DNA of 64,000 nucleotides from Saprospiraceae bacterium (GCA_044227925.1 JBGAVW010000008.1:1236-65235); one strand, 5' to 3'. Numbered from the stretch's first letter, positions 1 to 8,910 are shown. Notes: a model not told the origin generated them from the sequence alone. Numbers and translations: made by a program.

Positions 1-240
1 GTCAGTCTATTTCCAAATCCATTGAAAAAAGTAAATGATTTACAGTTAGAGGTGTCTAACTTTGGTGAAAAAATTAAGGGTAAATTGATTGATTTAACGG
101 GTAGAACTATTCAATCTTTTAACTTGAATAATGGTATCAATAAAGTACATATTGATCCTTTTGCTCACGGCATTTATTGGTTTACACTCAAAGATGAATT
201 GAATAATGAGAAAGTCGTAAAATTCTCTGTTATTAAATAG
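1..240 (+). CDS. 3' end of a secreted protein carrying a T9SS C-terminal sorting domain (partial; the 5' end lies outside the window)
   Basis: Frame 1 is open from base 1 (VSLFPNP...). The FPNP start, the beta-strand-like alternation and the ...KFSVIK* end are typical of Por_Secre_tail CTDs. The TTG at 22 in the ORF track is probably internal. Confidence 0.6.
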   Translation, partial: VSLFPNPLKKVNDLQLEVSNFGEKIKGKLIDLTGRTIQSFNLNNGINKVHIDPFAHGIYWFTLKDELNNEKVVKFSVIK

Positions 241-325
241 GGCACAAATTCGCCTATTTAAACACAATATTTTTAGACTAATTATTTTGTCAGTACAATT
301 CAGGTCTTGTAGTAAACACGTTTAG

Positions 326-1630
326 TCAAATACCCTCTAGTCCGGCTTTATAAACTTTCAGTGCCCTTTCTCGTGCCCAGACATGATCGATTATTTCTTT
401 TGGATAAGGTTTTGTAAGGTCGACCCATTTATGTACATACCTCATCCCGGGATCGAATTTTGCAAGTTGGGCTTTAGGGTTAAATATTCTGAAATAAGGT
501 GCTGCATCACAGCCGGTACCCGCGGCCCATTGCCAATTTCCATTATTGGAAGCAAGCTCAAAGTCTAACAACTTTTGGGCAAAATAGGCTTCACCCCACC
601 GCCAATCGATAAGAAGATGTTTACATAGAAAGCTCGCAACTACCATTCTAACCCGATTATGCATATGTCCTGTTTGATTTAATTCTCGCATACCTGCATC
701 CACCAAAGGATATCCCGTAAGCCCGTTGCACCATGCCTCAAAATTGGTCTCGTCATTCTCCCATTCAATTTGATCATATTTTGGTTTAAAGGAACGATTG
801 GCGACATAGGGAAAATGAAATAAAATTTGCATAAAAAATTCCCGCCAAATCAATTCGTTTACGAAGGTTTCATGCATGGCCACACGATTTACTAAAGTCC
901 GTATACTCAACGTACCAAACCGGAGATGTAGTCCTAACTTACTGGTGCCGTTGTCCAGGTATGGAAGATCCCGGGTTTGAGCATAGTTTTTTATAATATT
1001 ACTGTAAACTATTTTAGCCGGAAATGTAAAGGAAGAAGTTGTAAATCCAATTTGATCTAAGCCTGCAATAGCAGTGGGTCCAACCTGCATAAAATGCTTC
1101 AGCAAAGACTCTGAAGGGTATCCAGGCAATGTATTCTGATTGAATATTTCTCTCCATTTATTTTTATAAGGGGTATATATGGTATAAGGTGTACCGTCAG
1201 CTTTGAGTACTTCATCTGGTTTGAAAATCACATGGTCTTTAAACAATCGCATCTGTATACCTTTTTTGTTTAAAAACTCTGCTATTTTCTCGTCTCTGCT
1301 CATGCCATAGGGTTCATAATCTTCATTTGCAAATACAGTGTGTATTCTATATTTATTTATCAATTTTTTAAAAGCATCCAGGGGGCGATCAAAATAAAAT
1401 TGTATAGCCGATTTATATTCTGCCAATTTCGCGTTTAAATCCTTCAATTCCCGCCAAATAAATTCTACTCTCTTATCATCCGATTCCAAGTGTTCCAAAA
1501 TAGTTATGTCAAAAATAAATATAGGCAATACAGGAAGACCGGATGAAAGGGCCCGGTATAAACCATGATTATCCGTAAAGCGCAAATCTCTCCTAAACCA
1601 AAAAATATGAATTATTTTGTCCTCTTCCAT
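326..1630 (-). CDS. phr: Deoxyribodipyrimidine photolyase / cryptochrome family protein
   Basis: 434-aa ORF. N-terminal 'IHIFWFRRDLRFTDNHGL' and C-terminal FAD-binding 'NGNWQWAAGTGCDAAPYFRIFNP' are hallmark photolyase motifs. Confidence 0.9.
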   Translation of the reverse strand: MEEDKIIHIFWFRRDLRFTDNHGLYRALSSGLPVLPIFIFDITILEHLESDDKRVEFIWRELKDLNAKLAEYKSAIQFYFDRPLDAFKKLINKYRIHTVFANEDYEPYGMSRDEKIAEFLNKKGIQMRLFKDHVIFKPDEVLKADGTPYTIYTPYKNKWREIFNQNTLPGYPSESLLKHFMQVGPTAIAGLDQIGFTTSSFTFPAKIVYSNIIKNYAQTRDLPYLDNGTSKLGLHLRFGTLSIRTLVNRVAMHETFVNELIWREFFMQILFHFPYVANRSFKPKYDQIEWENDETNFEAWCNGLTGYPLVDAGMRELNQTGHMHNRVRMVVASFLCKHLLIDWRWGEAYFAQKLLDFELASNNGNWQWAAGTGCDAAPYFRIFNPKAQLAKFDPGMRYVHKWVDLTKPYPKEIIDHVWARERALKVYKAGLEGI

Positions 1631-1784
1631 AGTCCCAAGATCAGCGTTTTATTATTAATTTGCCGTACCCACAGTAAATTAGATATTGCATTTTTTATAC
1701 ATATTAAGATTAAAAATATATAAACAAATAGTTTTTTCTAAAGTTTAAACTTTCTAACTTCATGGCATTTAGGATCATGGGAAG

Positions 1785-2591
1785 ATGAAAAAAATTATAT
1801 TGTTGATTATCACTTTGTTGTGGATGGCTTACTGGTGGCGATGGTATACATGCAAAATATGTACTACCTGTGGCTGCCAAAATAAAGAAATCCCCTCTGA
1901 TGCTCCAATAATCCCTGAAAACGGCTTTCTTTTGTTCAAAAAAGGAGATACCATGGCACAAGTGCAACCAGGTTGGGCTCAATACAGAGATTCAATTTTA
2001 TTTTCTTTGTCGCCCAATCAATATTTGAACATTGAGGGTCAGTACACAGCCTCTGAGCCGAATATCAGTACGCTGGAAAACATGGGACTTGCCAGGGCAA
2101 ATGAAATCAGAAAACTCTTTCCTGATAGTTTATTCTCGAAGATAAAACTCACTTCTTTACTCATTCCGGAACGACCTACGATGAATGGCTTGCCTTTTGT
2201 AGCAAACTCGTTTTCTATTACTACGCAATCAGAAAAAATAGAACAAATTGGTGATAAATCAATAGTCTATTTCAATTACAACTCGGATCAAAGAATCAAA
2301 GATCAAGAAATTGAAACTTATCTTTCCAATTTAGCTGCTAATAATAAAAATAATAGATCATCATTTGTAATAACCGGTCATACAGATAATACCGGGGATC
2401 CCCGTGAAAATATGAAATTAGGATTGAAACGGGCCGAAACTATAAAATCGTATCTCATGTCAAAAGGTATTGCCTCTGAACGGATCATTACCAAGTCGTT
2501 GGGTGATACAGTACCTCTGGCTGATAATAATACCCCTGAAGGACGAAAGAAAAACCGACGCACCGAAATTGATCTTTTAAATAAACAATAA
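1785..2591 (+). CDS. OmpA/MotB-family peptidoglycan-binding protein with an N-terminal membrane anchor
   Basis: 268 aa. Hydrophobic N-terminus followed by Cys-rich 'CKICTTCGC'. C-terminal OmpA-like motif 'GHTDNTGDPRENMKLGLKRAETIKSYL...NRRTEI'. Confidence 0.8.
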   Translation: MKKIILLIITLLWMAYWWRWYTCKICTTCGCQNKEIPSDAPIIPENGFLLFKKGDTMAQVQPGWAQYRDSILFSLSPNQYLNIEGQYTASEPNISTLENMGLARANEIRKLFPDSLFSKIKLTSLLIPERPTMNGLPFVANSFSITTQSEKIEQIGDKSIVYFNYNSDQRIKDQEIETYLSNLAANNKNNRSSFVITGHTDNTGDPRENMKLGLKRAETIKSYLMSKGIASERIITKSLGDTVPLADNNTPEGRKKNRRTEIDLLNKQ

Positions 2592-2613
2592 TAAATTCTT
2601 AAATCATCGCTTT

Positions 2614-5600
2614 ATGTGGGAGACATGTTTAAAACATAGCACGGAAATCATAGCGCTTGTACTGGGTAGTGGAATCTTAGGTTACCTGTGGAGTAAATGG
2701 TTCGGCTCTTCTTCTAAAAATGATGGAATGAAAGCTGAATATGAAAATCAAATACATTCACTCAGTACCAAACTCAGAAATTACGATGCCGAACTTAAAA
2801 ATGCCCATAGTTTGCAGAGCTCATGGGCCGCTGAAAAAACCGGGCTCCTGGCAAATATTGATGAACTGACTGACAAAGCAAATGCAGTTAAAAATTCCTT
2901 TACAGGATTTGTTTCACCTGAAGAATACCATGCTCTCCAGGCGAGATTTAATCAGGATATAAAATCTGCTGGCGAAAAAGTAAATTCATTGGCAAATGAA
3001 AAACTTCTTCTTCAAAAATCTCTTGCCGATCTGGAATCCAGTTCTAAAATGGCTTATGCTGCTTTAGAGAATAAAGTAAATGAATTGCAAGACCAAGTCC
3101 AGATAGCTTTCAACGAAAAAAAGAATTTGGAAGTTAAATTCGAAAGTGATTTGCAAGCAAAATCAAATGAAATAATAAAATTACAAAGTCAACTGGATGG
3201 TGCTTTTTCAAAATATGGAGATACCAGTAAGGAAATCGAAACCTATAAAACCTCTATTGAAAATTTAAAACAAGCTCTTGAAGGAGCAGAAAACCAAATA
3301 GCTCAAAGAGATAAAGAATACCTATCCAAAATTTCTCATACCCAGTCAGACCTGGAATCAGCCAATAAAGCCCTGGCCGAAACTGTGGCGAAACTAAATC
3401 AATCCGATGAGGCCAATCAAGCAGGAATGGCAAAATTAAATGAAATTACAAGCAGGGTACACCAGTTGGAAAATGAACTTGCTCAGGCCAGAGCGGAAGC
3501 ATCAAGCTTTAAGTCAAAAACAGCTGACCTGGACAAACTGACCTCTACTCTCTCTGATGCTGATCGAAAGGCAAAAGAATGGGAAGCAAGGTGGAAAGAA
3601 ATGTCTACTGAAGCTGATCAATATAAAGTTGCCCATGCCAATACGGTAAATGAGCGGGATACCCTAAAACAAAAGATTAATCAATTGGAGTCGGAAATCA
3701 TTGGTGCTAAAAATCAAGTAGAACAAATAAAAAAAGAACATCAGGCTGAAGCAGAGCACCATGTATCTGAGTTCCAAGCAAAACTAATCAATGCTGAGCA
3801 TGATCTACAAACCTGGCAAAATAAATCACACGAACTGGAAGCTGAAATTGAAAATCTTAAAGCGCATATTGAGGAGGCCAATTTAAACCTGATAGAATCA
3901 AAAAAACAATATGATGCCCAGCAAATTACCACAGAAGGTCTTACACATCGGGTGCTTGAGTTGGAAAATCTGGTTGACTCCAGGGTCAATGAATTGACTG
4001 CAATCCACAGTGAATTGGCCGAGGCGAATACTAAGGTAATTGCCCTCAATGCCAGTGGAAATAATGTAGCCATACAATTAACCGAGGCAGAAAACCGATA
4101 CAAAGAACTAACCGTTGAAGCTGACCAATATAAAGTTTCCCTTTCTAATACAGCAAAGGAGCGGGATGCTCTCAGACAAAGGGTTAATCAACTGGAGTCT
4201 GAAATCATCGGTGCTAAAAATGAGGTGGAATTAATTCAAAAGGCCTCTCAAGAAGAAGTGGACCTCAAGATTACAGAGTTCCAATCAAAACTGGATGAAG
4301 CTGCACGGGAATTACAAGCTTGGCAAGACAAATCACAACAACTGGAAGCCGAATTAGAAAATTATAAAGCGTACATCGAGGAAACCAATCTGAAACAAAT
4401 AGAGACAAAAAAACAATATGATGCCCAGCAAAGTATTACTGAGGGTCTGTCACACCGGGTACTTGAGTTGGAAAACAGGGTAGAAACCAGAGAAACTGAA
4501 TTGAAAGCAATTTACGATCAATTGGCAGAAGCGAATAATAAAATAAATTCATTTCAAGCCTCAGAGAATAATGCATCCATTCAATTAGCGGAAGCTGAAA
4601 ATCGATACCAGGAAATTACCACCAGATTTAATATTGTCCAAACACATTTGGCTGACCTGCAAAAATCTACCAATGTATCAGCTCAGCAATTACACGATTT
4701 TGAAACAAGAAATAAAGAACTTAATGATAGATTGAATACCATTCAATTACAATTAAATGAAGCACACGAGGCTAACGATACCGGTAACAGGCACTTACAA
4801 GGTGTAGAGGCAAAAAATAAGGAGTTGACCGAGCAGGTGATCAAGTTACAAAATCAGTTGGAAGATCATAAAGCTTCGGAAAACAGCGCCAAACAAATTC
4901 AGGAAACCACCGATGCCAAATTCAAGGAACTAAGTACAAAATTCAATACGGTGCAGTTGCAATTAGCAGATGCTCTGCGGGTCAAATCGCATCTGGAAGA
5001 GTCTATCAACAAAAAGTCAGATGACTTAAATAAAAAGTATCTCGCGGAATCGACTGCATGGCAAAAAAGAATATCAGATCTGGAAAACGATCATGCAAAT
5101 AAAGTATCCATCTATCAATCCCGGATCAGTCAATTGGAATCAACTCCTCCGAAAATTGTAGAAAAAATTGTAGAAAAGGAGGTCGAAGTACCAAAGATCA
5201 TAGAGAAAATAGTGGAAAAAATAGTTGAGGTACCAAAGATTGTGGAGAAAATAGTCACCGTAGAGAAAATAGTTAATTTGCCTGCTGTTATACCTGCCAA
5301 TAAAACCATTCTACCCATCCCGGCTACCGTAGCTAAACCACCGGCAAAAATCAGCACTAAATTAGTTTCAGATAAAAAAATGACTACACCCAAAACAGGT
5401 GTCAAAGTAAAAACGGTTACCACTCCTGCAGCCAGGGAAGTGGATTGGAAAACAGTCTCTGCAACATTTGGAAAGAAAATAAAGGCAAATGATCATATTC
5501 TAATAGAAGGAATTGGGCCAAAAATCAATACTTTATTAAAAAAATCCAAAATCACTACCTGGACACAACTCGCCAATACCTCTGTTAAAGACATTCAGGC

Positions 5601-6186
5601 AATTCTGGATAAAGGTGGCAATAAATTTTCCTTCGCTAATCCTTCTTCCTGGCCCAGACAAGCCAGCCTGGCTGAGCAAGGAAAATGGGATGAATTAAAA
5701 AAATATCAGGATGAATTAAATATTGGGAGAAAAGTCAAGTCGAAATCCAAACCTTCATCCGGGCCAATCATTTCTGGAATAAAGACCGTTGCGAAAAAAG
5801 GGTTAAAAGCGAAGACAATAACTAAAAAGACTACCGTAAAAAAAGTAAATAAACCCGTTATTAAAAAAACAACTCCTAAACCACTTGATCTGGGCAAGGG
5901 TGCATCCATACTCGGGATGAAGTTCAAGGAGAATGATTTAAAGATTGTGGAGGGAATAGGTCCCAAAATAGAAAAGCTATTAAAAAAAGCTGGTCTTAAT
6001 ACCTGGAAAAAACTAGCTGGCGCAGAAACTAAAACCATTCAAAGCATTTTAGATAAAGCGGGTAGCAATTATTCATTAGCTGATCCAAAGACCTGGGCTA
6101 AACAGTCCAATTTAGCGGCAACAGGAGATTGGGAAAAATTGAAAAAAATACAGGAATCACTGATTAGCAGGAAAAAAACTAAATAG
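2614..6186 (+). CDS. Large membrane-anchored coiled-coil protein with two C-terminal helix-hairpin-helix-like modules (function unknown)
   Basis: 1190-aa ORF starting 22 nt after the OmpA-like gene. It has an N-terminal TM helix (IIALVLGSGILGYLWSKWF) and a long E/K/Q/L-rich, heptad-like region. It also has (E/P)KIVEK repeats, K/P/T-rich linkers and two 'EGIGPKI..LLKK...W..LA' modules. Confidence 0.75.
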   Translation: MWETCLKHSTEIIALVLGSGILGYLWSKWFGSSSKNDGMKAEYENQIHSLSTKLRNYDAELKNAHSLQSSWAAEKTGLLANIDELTDKANAVKNSFTGFVSPEEYHALQARFNQDIKSAGEKVNSLANEKLLLQKSLADLESSSKMAYAALENKVNELQDQVQIAFNEKKNLEVKFESDLQAKSNEIIKLQSQLDGAFSKYGDTSKEIETYKTSIENLKQALEGAENQIAQRDKEYLSKISHTQSDLESANKALAETVAKLNQSDEANQAGMAKLNEITSRVHQLENELAQARAEASSFKSKTADLDKLTSTLSDADRKAKEWEARWKEMSTEADQYKVAHANTVNERDTLKQKINQLESEIIGAKNQVEQIKKEHQAEAEHHVSEFQAKLINAEHDLQTWQNKSHELEAEIENLKAHIEEANLNLIESKKQYDAQQITTEGLTHRVLELENLVDSRVNELTAIHSELAEANTKVIALNASGNNVAIQLTEAENRYKELTVEADQYKVSLSNTAKERDALRQRVNQLESEIIGAKNEVELIQKASQEEVDLKITEFQSKLDEAARELQAWQDKSQQLEAELENYKAYIEETNLKQIETKKQYDAQQSITEGLSHRVLELENRVETRETELKAIYDQLAEANNKINSFQASENNASIQLAEAENRYQEITTRFNIVQTHLADLQKSTNVSAQQLHDFETRNKELNDRLNTIQLQLNEAHEANDTGNRHLQGVEAKNKELTEQVIKLQNQLEDHKASENSAKQIQETTDAKFKELSTKFNTVQLQLADALRVKSHLEESINKKSDDLNKKYLAESTAWQKRISDLENDHANKVSIYQSRISQLESTPPKIVEKIVEKEVEVPKIIEKIVEKIVEVPKIVEKIVTVEKIVNLPAVIPANKTILPIPATVAKPPAKISTKLVSDKKMTTPKTGVKVKTVTTPAAREVDWKTVSATFGKKIKANDHILIEGIGPKINTLLKKSKITTWTQLANTSVKDIQAILDKGGNKFSFANPSSWPRQASLAEQGKWDELKKYQDELNIGRKVKSKSKPSSGPIISGIKTVAKKGLKAKTITKKTTVKKVNKPVIKKTTPKPLDLGKGASILGMKFKENDLKIVEGIGPKIEKLLKKAGLNTWKKLAGAETKTIQSILDKAGSNYSLADPKTWAKQSNLAATGDWEKLKKIQESLISRKKTK
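3610..4623 (+). repeat. Diverged in-frame tandem duplication (2 x 507 nt, or 2 x 169 aa) inside the coiled-coil gene
   Basis: Both units begin EADQYKV... (3610 and 4117). They share long identical runs: NQLESEIIGAKN, KKQYDAQQ, HRVLELEN and IQL.EAENRY. Confidence 0.85.
5149..5274 (+). repeat. Short peptide repeat array (P/E)KIVEK / VEVPKI(I/V)EKIVEK inside the coiled-coil gene
   Basis: Translated sequence PKIVEKIVEKEVEVPKIIEKIVEKIVEVPKIVEKIVTVEKIV. The nucleotide level shows reiterated gaaaaaat(a/t)gt(a/g)ga. Confidence 0.8.
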
Positions 6187-6216
6187 CCCTATTTTAAAAT
6201 ATATTTTGTCCTTAGG

Positions 6217-6250
6217 AAAGGTGACTTAAAAATGGTCACCTTTTTATTTG
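6217..6250 (+). terminator. Rho-independent terminator after the coiled-coil gene
   Basis: 9-bp stem aaaggtgac / gtcaccttt (6217-6225 and 6235-6243) running into a T tract. Confidence 0.7.
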
Positions 6251-6339
6251 GCACAGCCTACTTTTTAAAATACAAAAGCCCGTGACTTTTCACAGGCTTT
6301 CATGAAAAAAACGAATTTTACAATTAAAACCAAAACTTA

Positions 6340-6540
6340 CACAACTCAAATATATATCATATTATTAATATTTAATATATGTATATAGCTTTTTTTTAAT
6401 AGATTTTACACATTTTTATTAATACATATGTATATAATTATATTTCAATTAAATACACATTACAGTATAAATATATTTATTATACATTAAAATATATTGA
6501 TTTATACATTACAAAATAATATAATATGTATATATTTGAC
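6340..6540. repeat. Extremely AT-rich, iteron-like degenerate repeat region
   Basis: Exact 11-mer ATATGTATATA at 6377, 6426 and 6524. TACACATT at 6407 and 6454. TTATACATT at 6480 and 6502. No ORF of credible length. Confidence 0.7.
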
Positions 6541-6576
6541 ACTTCAAACTACTTAGTTTTAGTTTAAAAATGGGAG

Positions 6577-6604
6577 AGCCGGTGTCAGCATCGGCTTTTT
6601 TTTT
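6577..6604 (+). terminator. Rho-independent terminator with no upstream CDS
   Basis: 8-bp stem agccggtg / catcggct (one G-U pair) with tetraloop TCAG, followed by 9 T. Confidence 0.7.
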
Positions 6605-6719
6605 AATTTATTTTTAATAGGCTGTCACCCAGGTCATATTACATTCCGACTGAATTTTACTATATAGTTTTCATATTCCCCCTAATTCCTATCTTTCCAC
6701 CTGAAATCTGATTCTTGCC

Positions 6720-8372
6720 ATGCCATTACTATTTTATACTGTCATATCTATTATTGTTACAGCCATTTCACTTTATTTCCTGATTAAGGTTTTAAAATCC
6801 AAAGCACTCAGTGCCTCTACCAATGGTTGGGGGTCCAAGTTGGGTATAGTATTGGCCATGGCTGGTAATGCTGTAGGTTTAGGTAATTTTTTACGATTCC
6901 CGGTCCAAGCAATAAATAATGGCGGTGGAGCATTTATCGTTCCTTATTTAGTATGCTTTCTGCTGATAGGGGTACCCCTTTTATTTGTAGAATGGTCAAT
7001 GGGGCGCTTTGCAGGAATTGGTTACCCGGGCAGGCCAAATGGCGACCATAACGTTCCGTTTATGATGCAGCGATTTTCAAGCATGAAATGGGTAAAATAT
7101 TTTGGTGGATTAGGGCTTTTTATAAATGTAGCTGTGGCCGGTTATTATTGTTATATAGAGTCGTGGACTTTAGGGTATTTGTATCATTCTATAGTAGGTA
7201 CTTTTAATTCAATGGACCAGGAAGGTATAAGCCAGTATTTCGTGGATTATACTACATCGTATTCCGGAAAAGGAGGTTTTGCTTATGAAGCTATTTTATT
7301 TTATATACTATGCCTGATTTGTAACATTTATTTCTTGTCAAAGGGCGTAAAAGGAGGGATAGAAAAAGTTGCCAAAATCGGGATGCCCCTGTTGATCTTA
7401 TTTGGAATCATATTAGCTGCAGAAGCCTTGTTGTTGAAACCAGGTGAGAAAGGGGCTATAAATGCAGGAACGGAAGGAATCAAATTTTTATTTACTCCCG
7501 ATTATTCTTCGATTTGGAAACCCTCTGTTTGGATCGCTGCCGCTGGTCAAATATTTTTTACATTGGCTGTAGGTATGGCTTCCATCCAAACCTATGCATC
7601 TTATCTCAGGGAAAATGACGACACCGCCTTAGGAGCTATGTCTGCAGGTTGGATGAATGAATTCGTAGAAATCGTTCTAGGCAGCGCTATCATTATTCCG
7701 TTGGCCATAGGTTATCTTGGTGTTGATAAAATGCGGGATATTGTCAACTCCCTTGGTGGTTATGGACTGGGATTCCGGACTCTACCTTATCTGTTCCAGG
7801 CCTGGGGTCCGATTCTTGCCATAATAGCCGGTATTTGTTGGTTTGGATTATTATTTATTGCCGGCATTACATCTTCGCTGGCCATGAGTACGCCTGTCGT
7901 AGGTTTTTTACAAGATGAGTTTAAAATCAATCAAAAAAGGGGAGCTATAATATGTGGGATCATTATTTTTCTTCTTGGCTTACCCACAATCCTTTTTTAT
8001 AATGAAGGGGTATTCGATGAATTCGACAACTGGGCAGGTACATATGCTTTGGTGATTTTCGCCTTCGTAGAACTTATTCTATTTGCGTGGGTTTTTGGTA
8101 TGAAAAAGGGATGGGAAGAAATCACCAGGGGAGCGGACATACATGTCCCCACCTTTTTTAAATATATTATACAATACATCACCCCTGTATTTTTAGGTTG
8201 GATACTGATTTCCAATATTCCGGGTATGGTTGATCGCATTATACATCCGGCAAATGGCTATAGGACATTTGCCCAGATATTTATGCTGATTTTATTGTTA
8301 TTCATATTTTGGGCAATACACCAGGCAGCTAAAAGAAGGGATCAAAATTCAAATATGCTCTCCGGCAATTAA
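6720..8372 (+). CDS. Sodium-dependent transporter, neurotransmitter:sodium symporter (SNF/NSS) family
   Basis: 550 aa with many hydrophobic segments. 'WGSKLGIVLAMAGNAVGLGNFLRFP' matches the NSS TM1 signature. Confidence 0.85.
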   Translation: MPLLFYTVISIIVTAISLYFLIKVLKSKALSASTNGWGSKLGIVLAMAGNAVGLGNFLRFPVQAINNGGGAFIVPYLVCFLLIGVPLLFVEWSMGRFAGIGYPGRPNGDHNVPFMMQRFSSMKWVKYFGGLGLFINVAVAGYYCYIESWTLGYLYHSIVGTFNSMDQEGISQYFVDYTTSYSGKGGFAYEAILFYILCLICNIYFLSKGVKGGIEKVAKIGMPLLILFGIILAAEALLLKPGEKGAINAGTEGIKFLFTPDYSSIWKPSVWIAAAGQIFFTLAVGMASIQTYASYLRENDDTALGAMSAGWMNEFVEIVLGSAIIIPLAIGYLGVDKMRDIVNSLGGYGLGFRTLPYLFQAWGPILAIIAGICWFGLLFIAGITSSLAMSTPVVGFLQDEFKINQKRGAIICGIIIFLLGLPTILFYNEGVFDEFDNWAGTYALVIFAFVELILFAWVFGMKKGWEEITRGADIHVPTFFKYIIQYITPVFLGWILISNIPGMVDRIIHPANGYRTFAQIFMLILLLFIFWAIHQAAKRRDQNSNMLSGN

Positions 8373-8418
8373 TATTTTCATATTATACCTTTATATATAT
8401 ATTTGTAATCACTTACAC

Positions 8419-8910
8419 ATGTCAGCCTCCAGATCTGTAATATTATTACTTGGTTCTAATCTTAATGAACCTATCAAACAATTGAAAATTGCAAGGGATC
8501 TGATTGGTACCCAATTGGCCAGGATTAAAAAAGCATCATCCATATACAAGACTGCAGCGTGGGGCAATACAGATCAACCTGATTTTATGAATCAAATCAT
8601 TGAAATTATATCTTCACGGCCCGCTATTAAAATACTCGCAATCATTAAAAACATTGAAGAGATTATGGGGCGTGTATCCTCTATTCATTGGGGGCCCCGA
8701 ATCATTGATATAGATATCCTCTTTTGTGGCAAAGAAAAAATCAATTCGAAAATGCTCACCATCCCTCACCCCTCTATTGGAGATCGCCTCTTTACCCTGA
8801 TCCCTTTGCAGGAGTTAAATCCTAGATTCGTACACCCTGTTAGCAGGAAATCCGTCCGTGAATTGATAGCATCCTGTAATGATCACAGTGCCGTAAATAA
8901 AGTCATTTGA
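8419..8910 (+). CDS. folK: 2-amino-4-hydroxy-6-hydroxymethyldihydropteridine diphosphokinase (HPPK)
   Basis: 163 aa. 'AWGNTDQPDFMNQ', 'GPRIIDIDILF' and 'LTIPHP' resemble HPPK motifs. Confidence 0.8.
   Translation: MSASRSVILLLGSNLNEPIKQLKIARDLIGTQLARIKKASSIYKTAAWGNTDQPDFMNQIIEIISSRPAIKILAIIKNIEEIMGRVSSIHWGPRIIDIDILFCGKEKINSKMLTIPHPSIGDRLFTLIPLQELNPRFVHPVSRKSVRELIASCNDHSAVNKVI

Noticed and set aside
6302-6388. A 28-codon ORF (MKKTNFTIKTKTYTTQIYIILLIFNICI) inside the AT-rich region, and a 31-codon ORF starting at 6570.
   Set aside because: Both are short ORFs in extremely AT-rich DNA with no ribosome-binding context I can support. The second runs through a terminator hairpin and T-tract. Both are most likely chance.
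6275-6610. The AT-rich repeat region as a chromosomal replication origin. TTTTACACA at 6404-6412 fits the relaxed DnaA box TTWTNCACA.
   Set aside because: There is only one relaxed box. The other TACACA and TATACAT words carry 2 or more mismatches. Flanking genes run in the same direction on both sides, and no dnaA, dnaN or other origin-linked genes are nearby. It cannot be excluded without genome-wide GC-skew analysis, so it is kept only as a check under the iteron finding.
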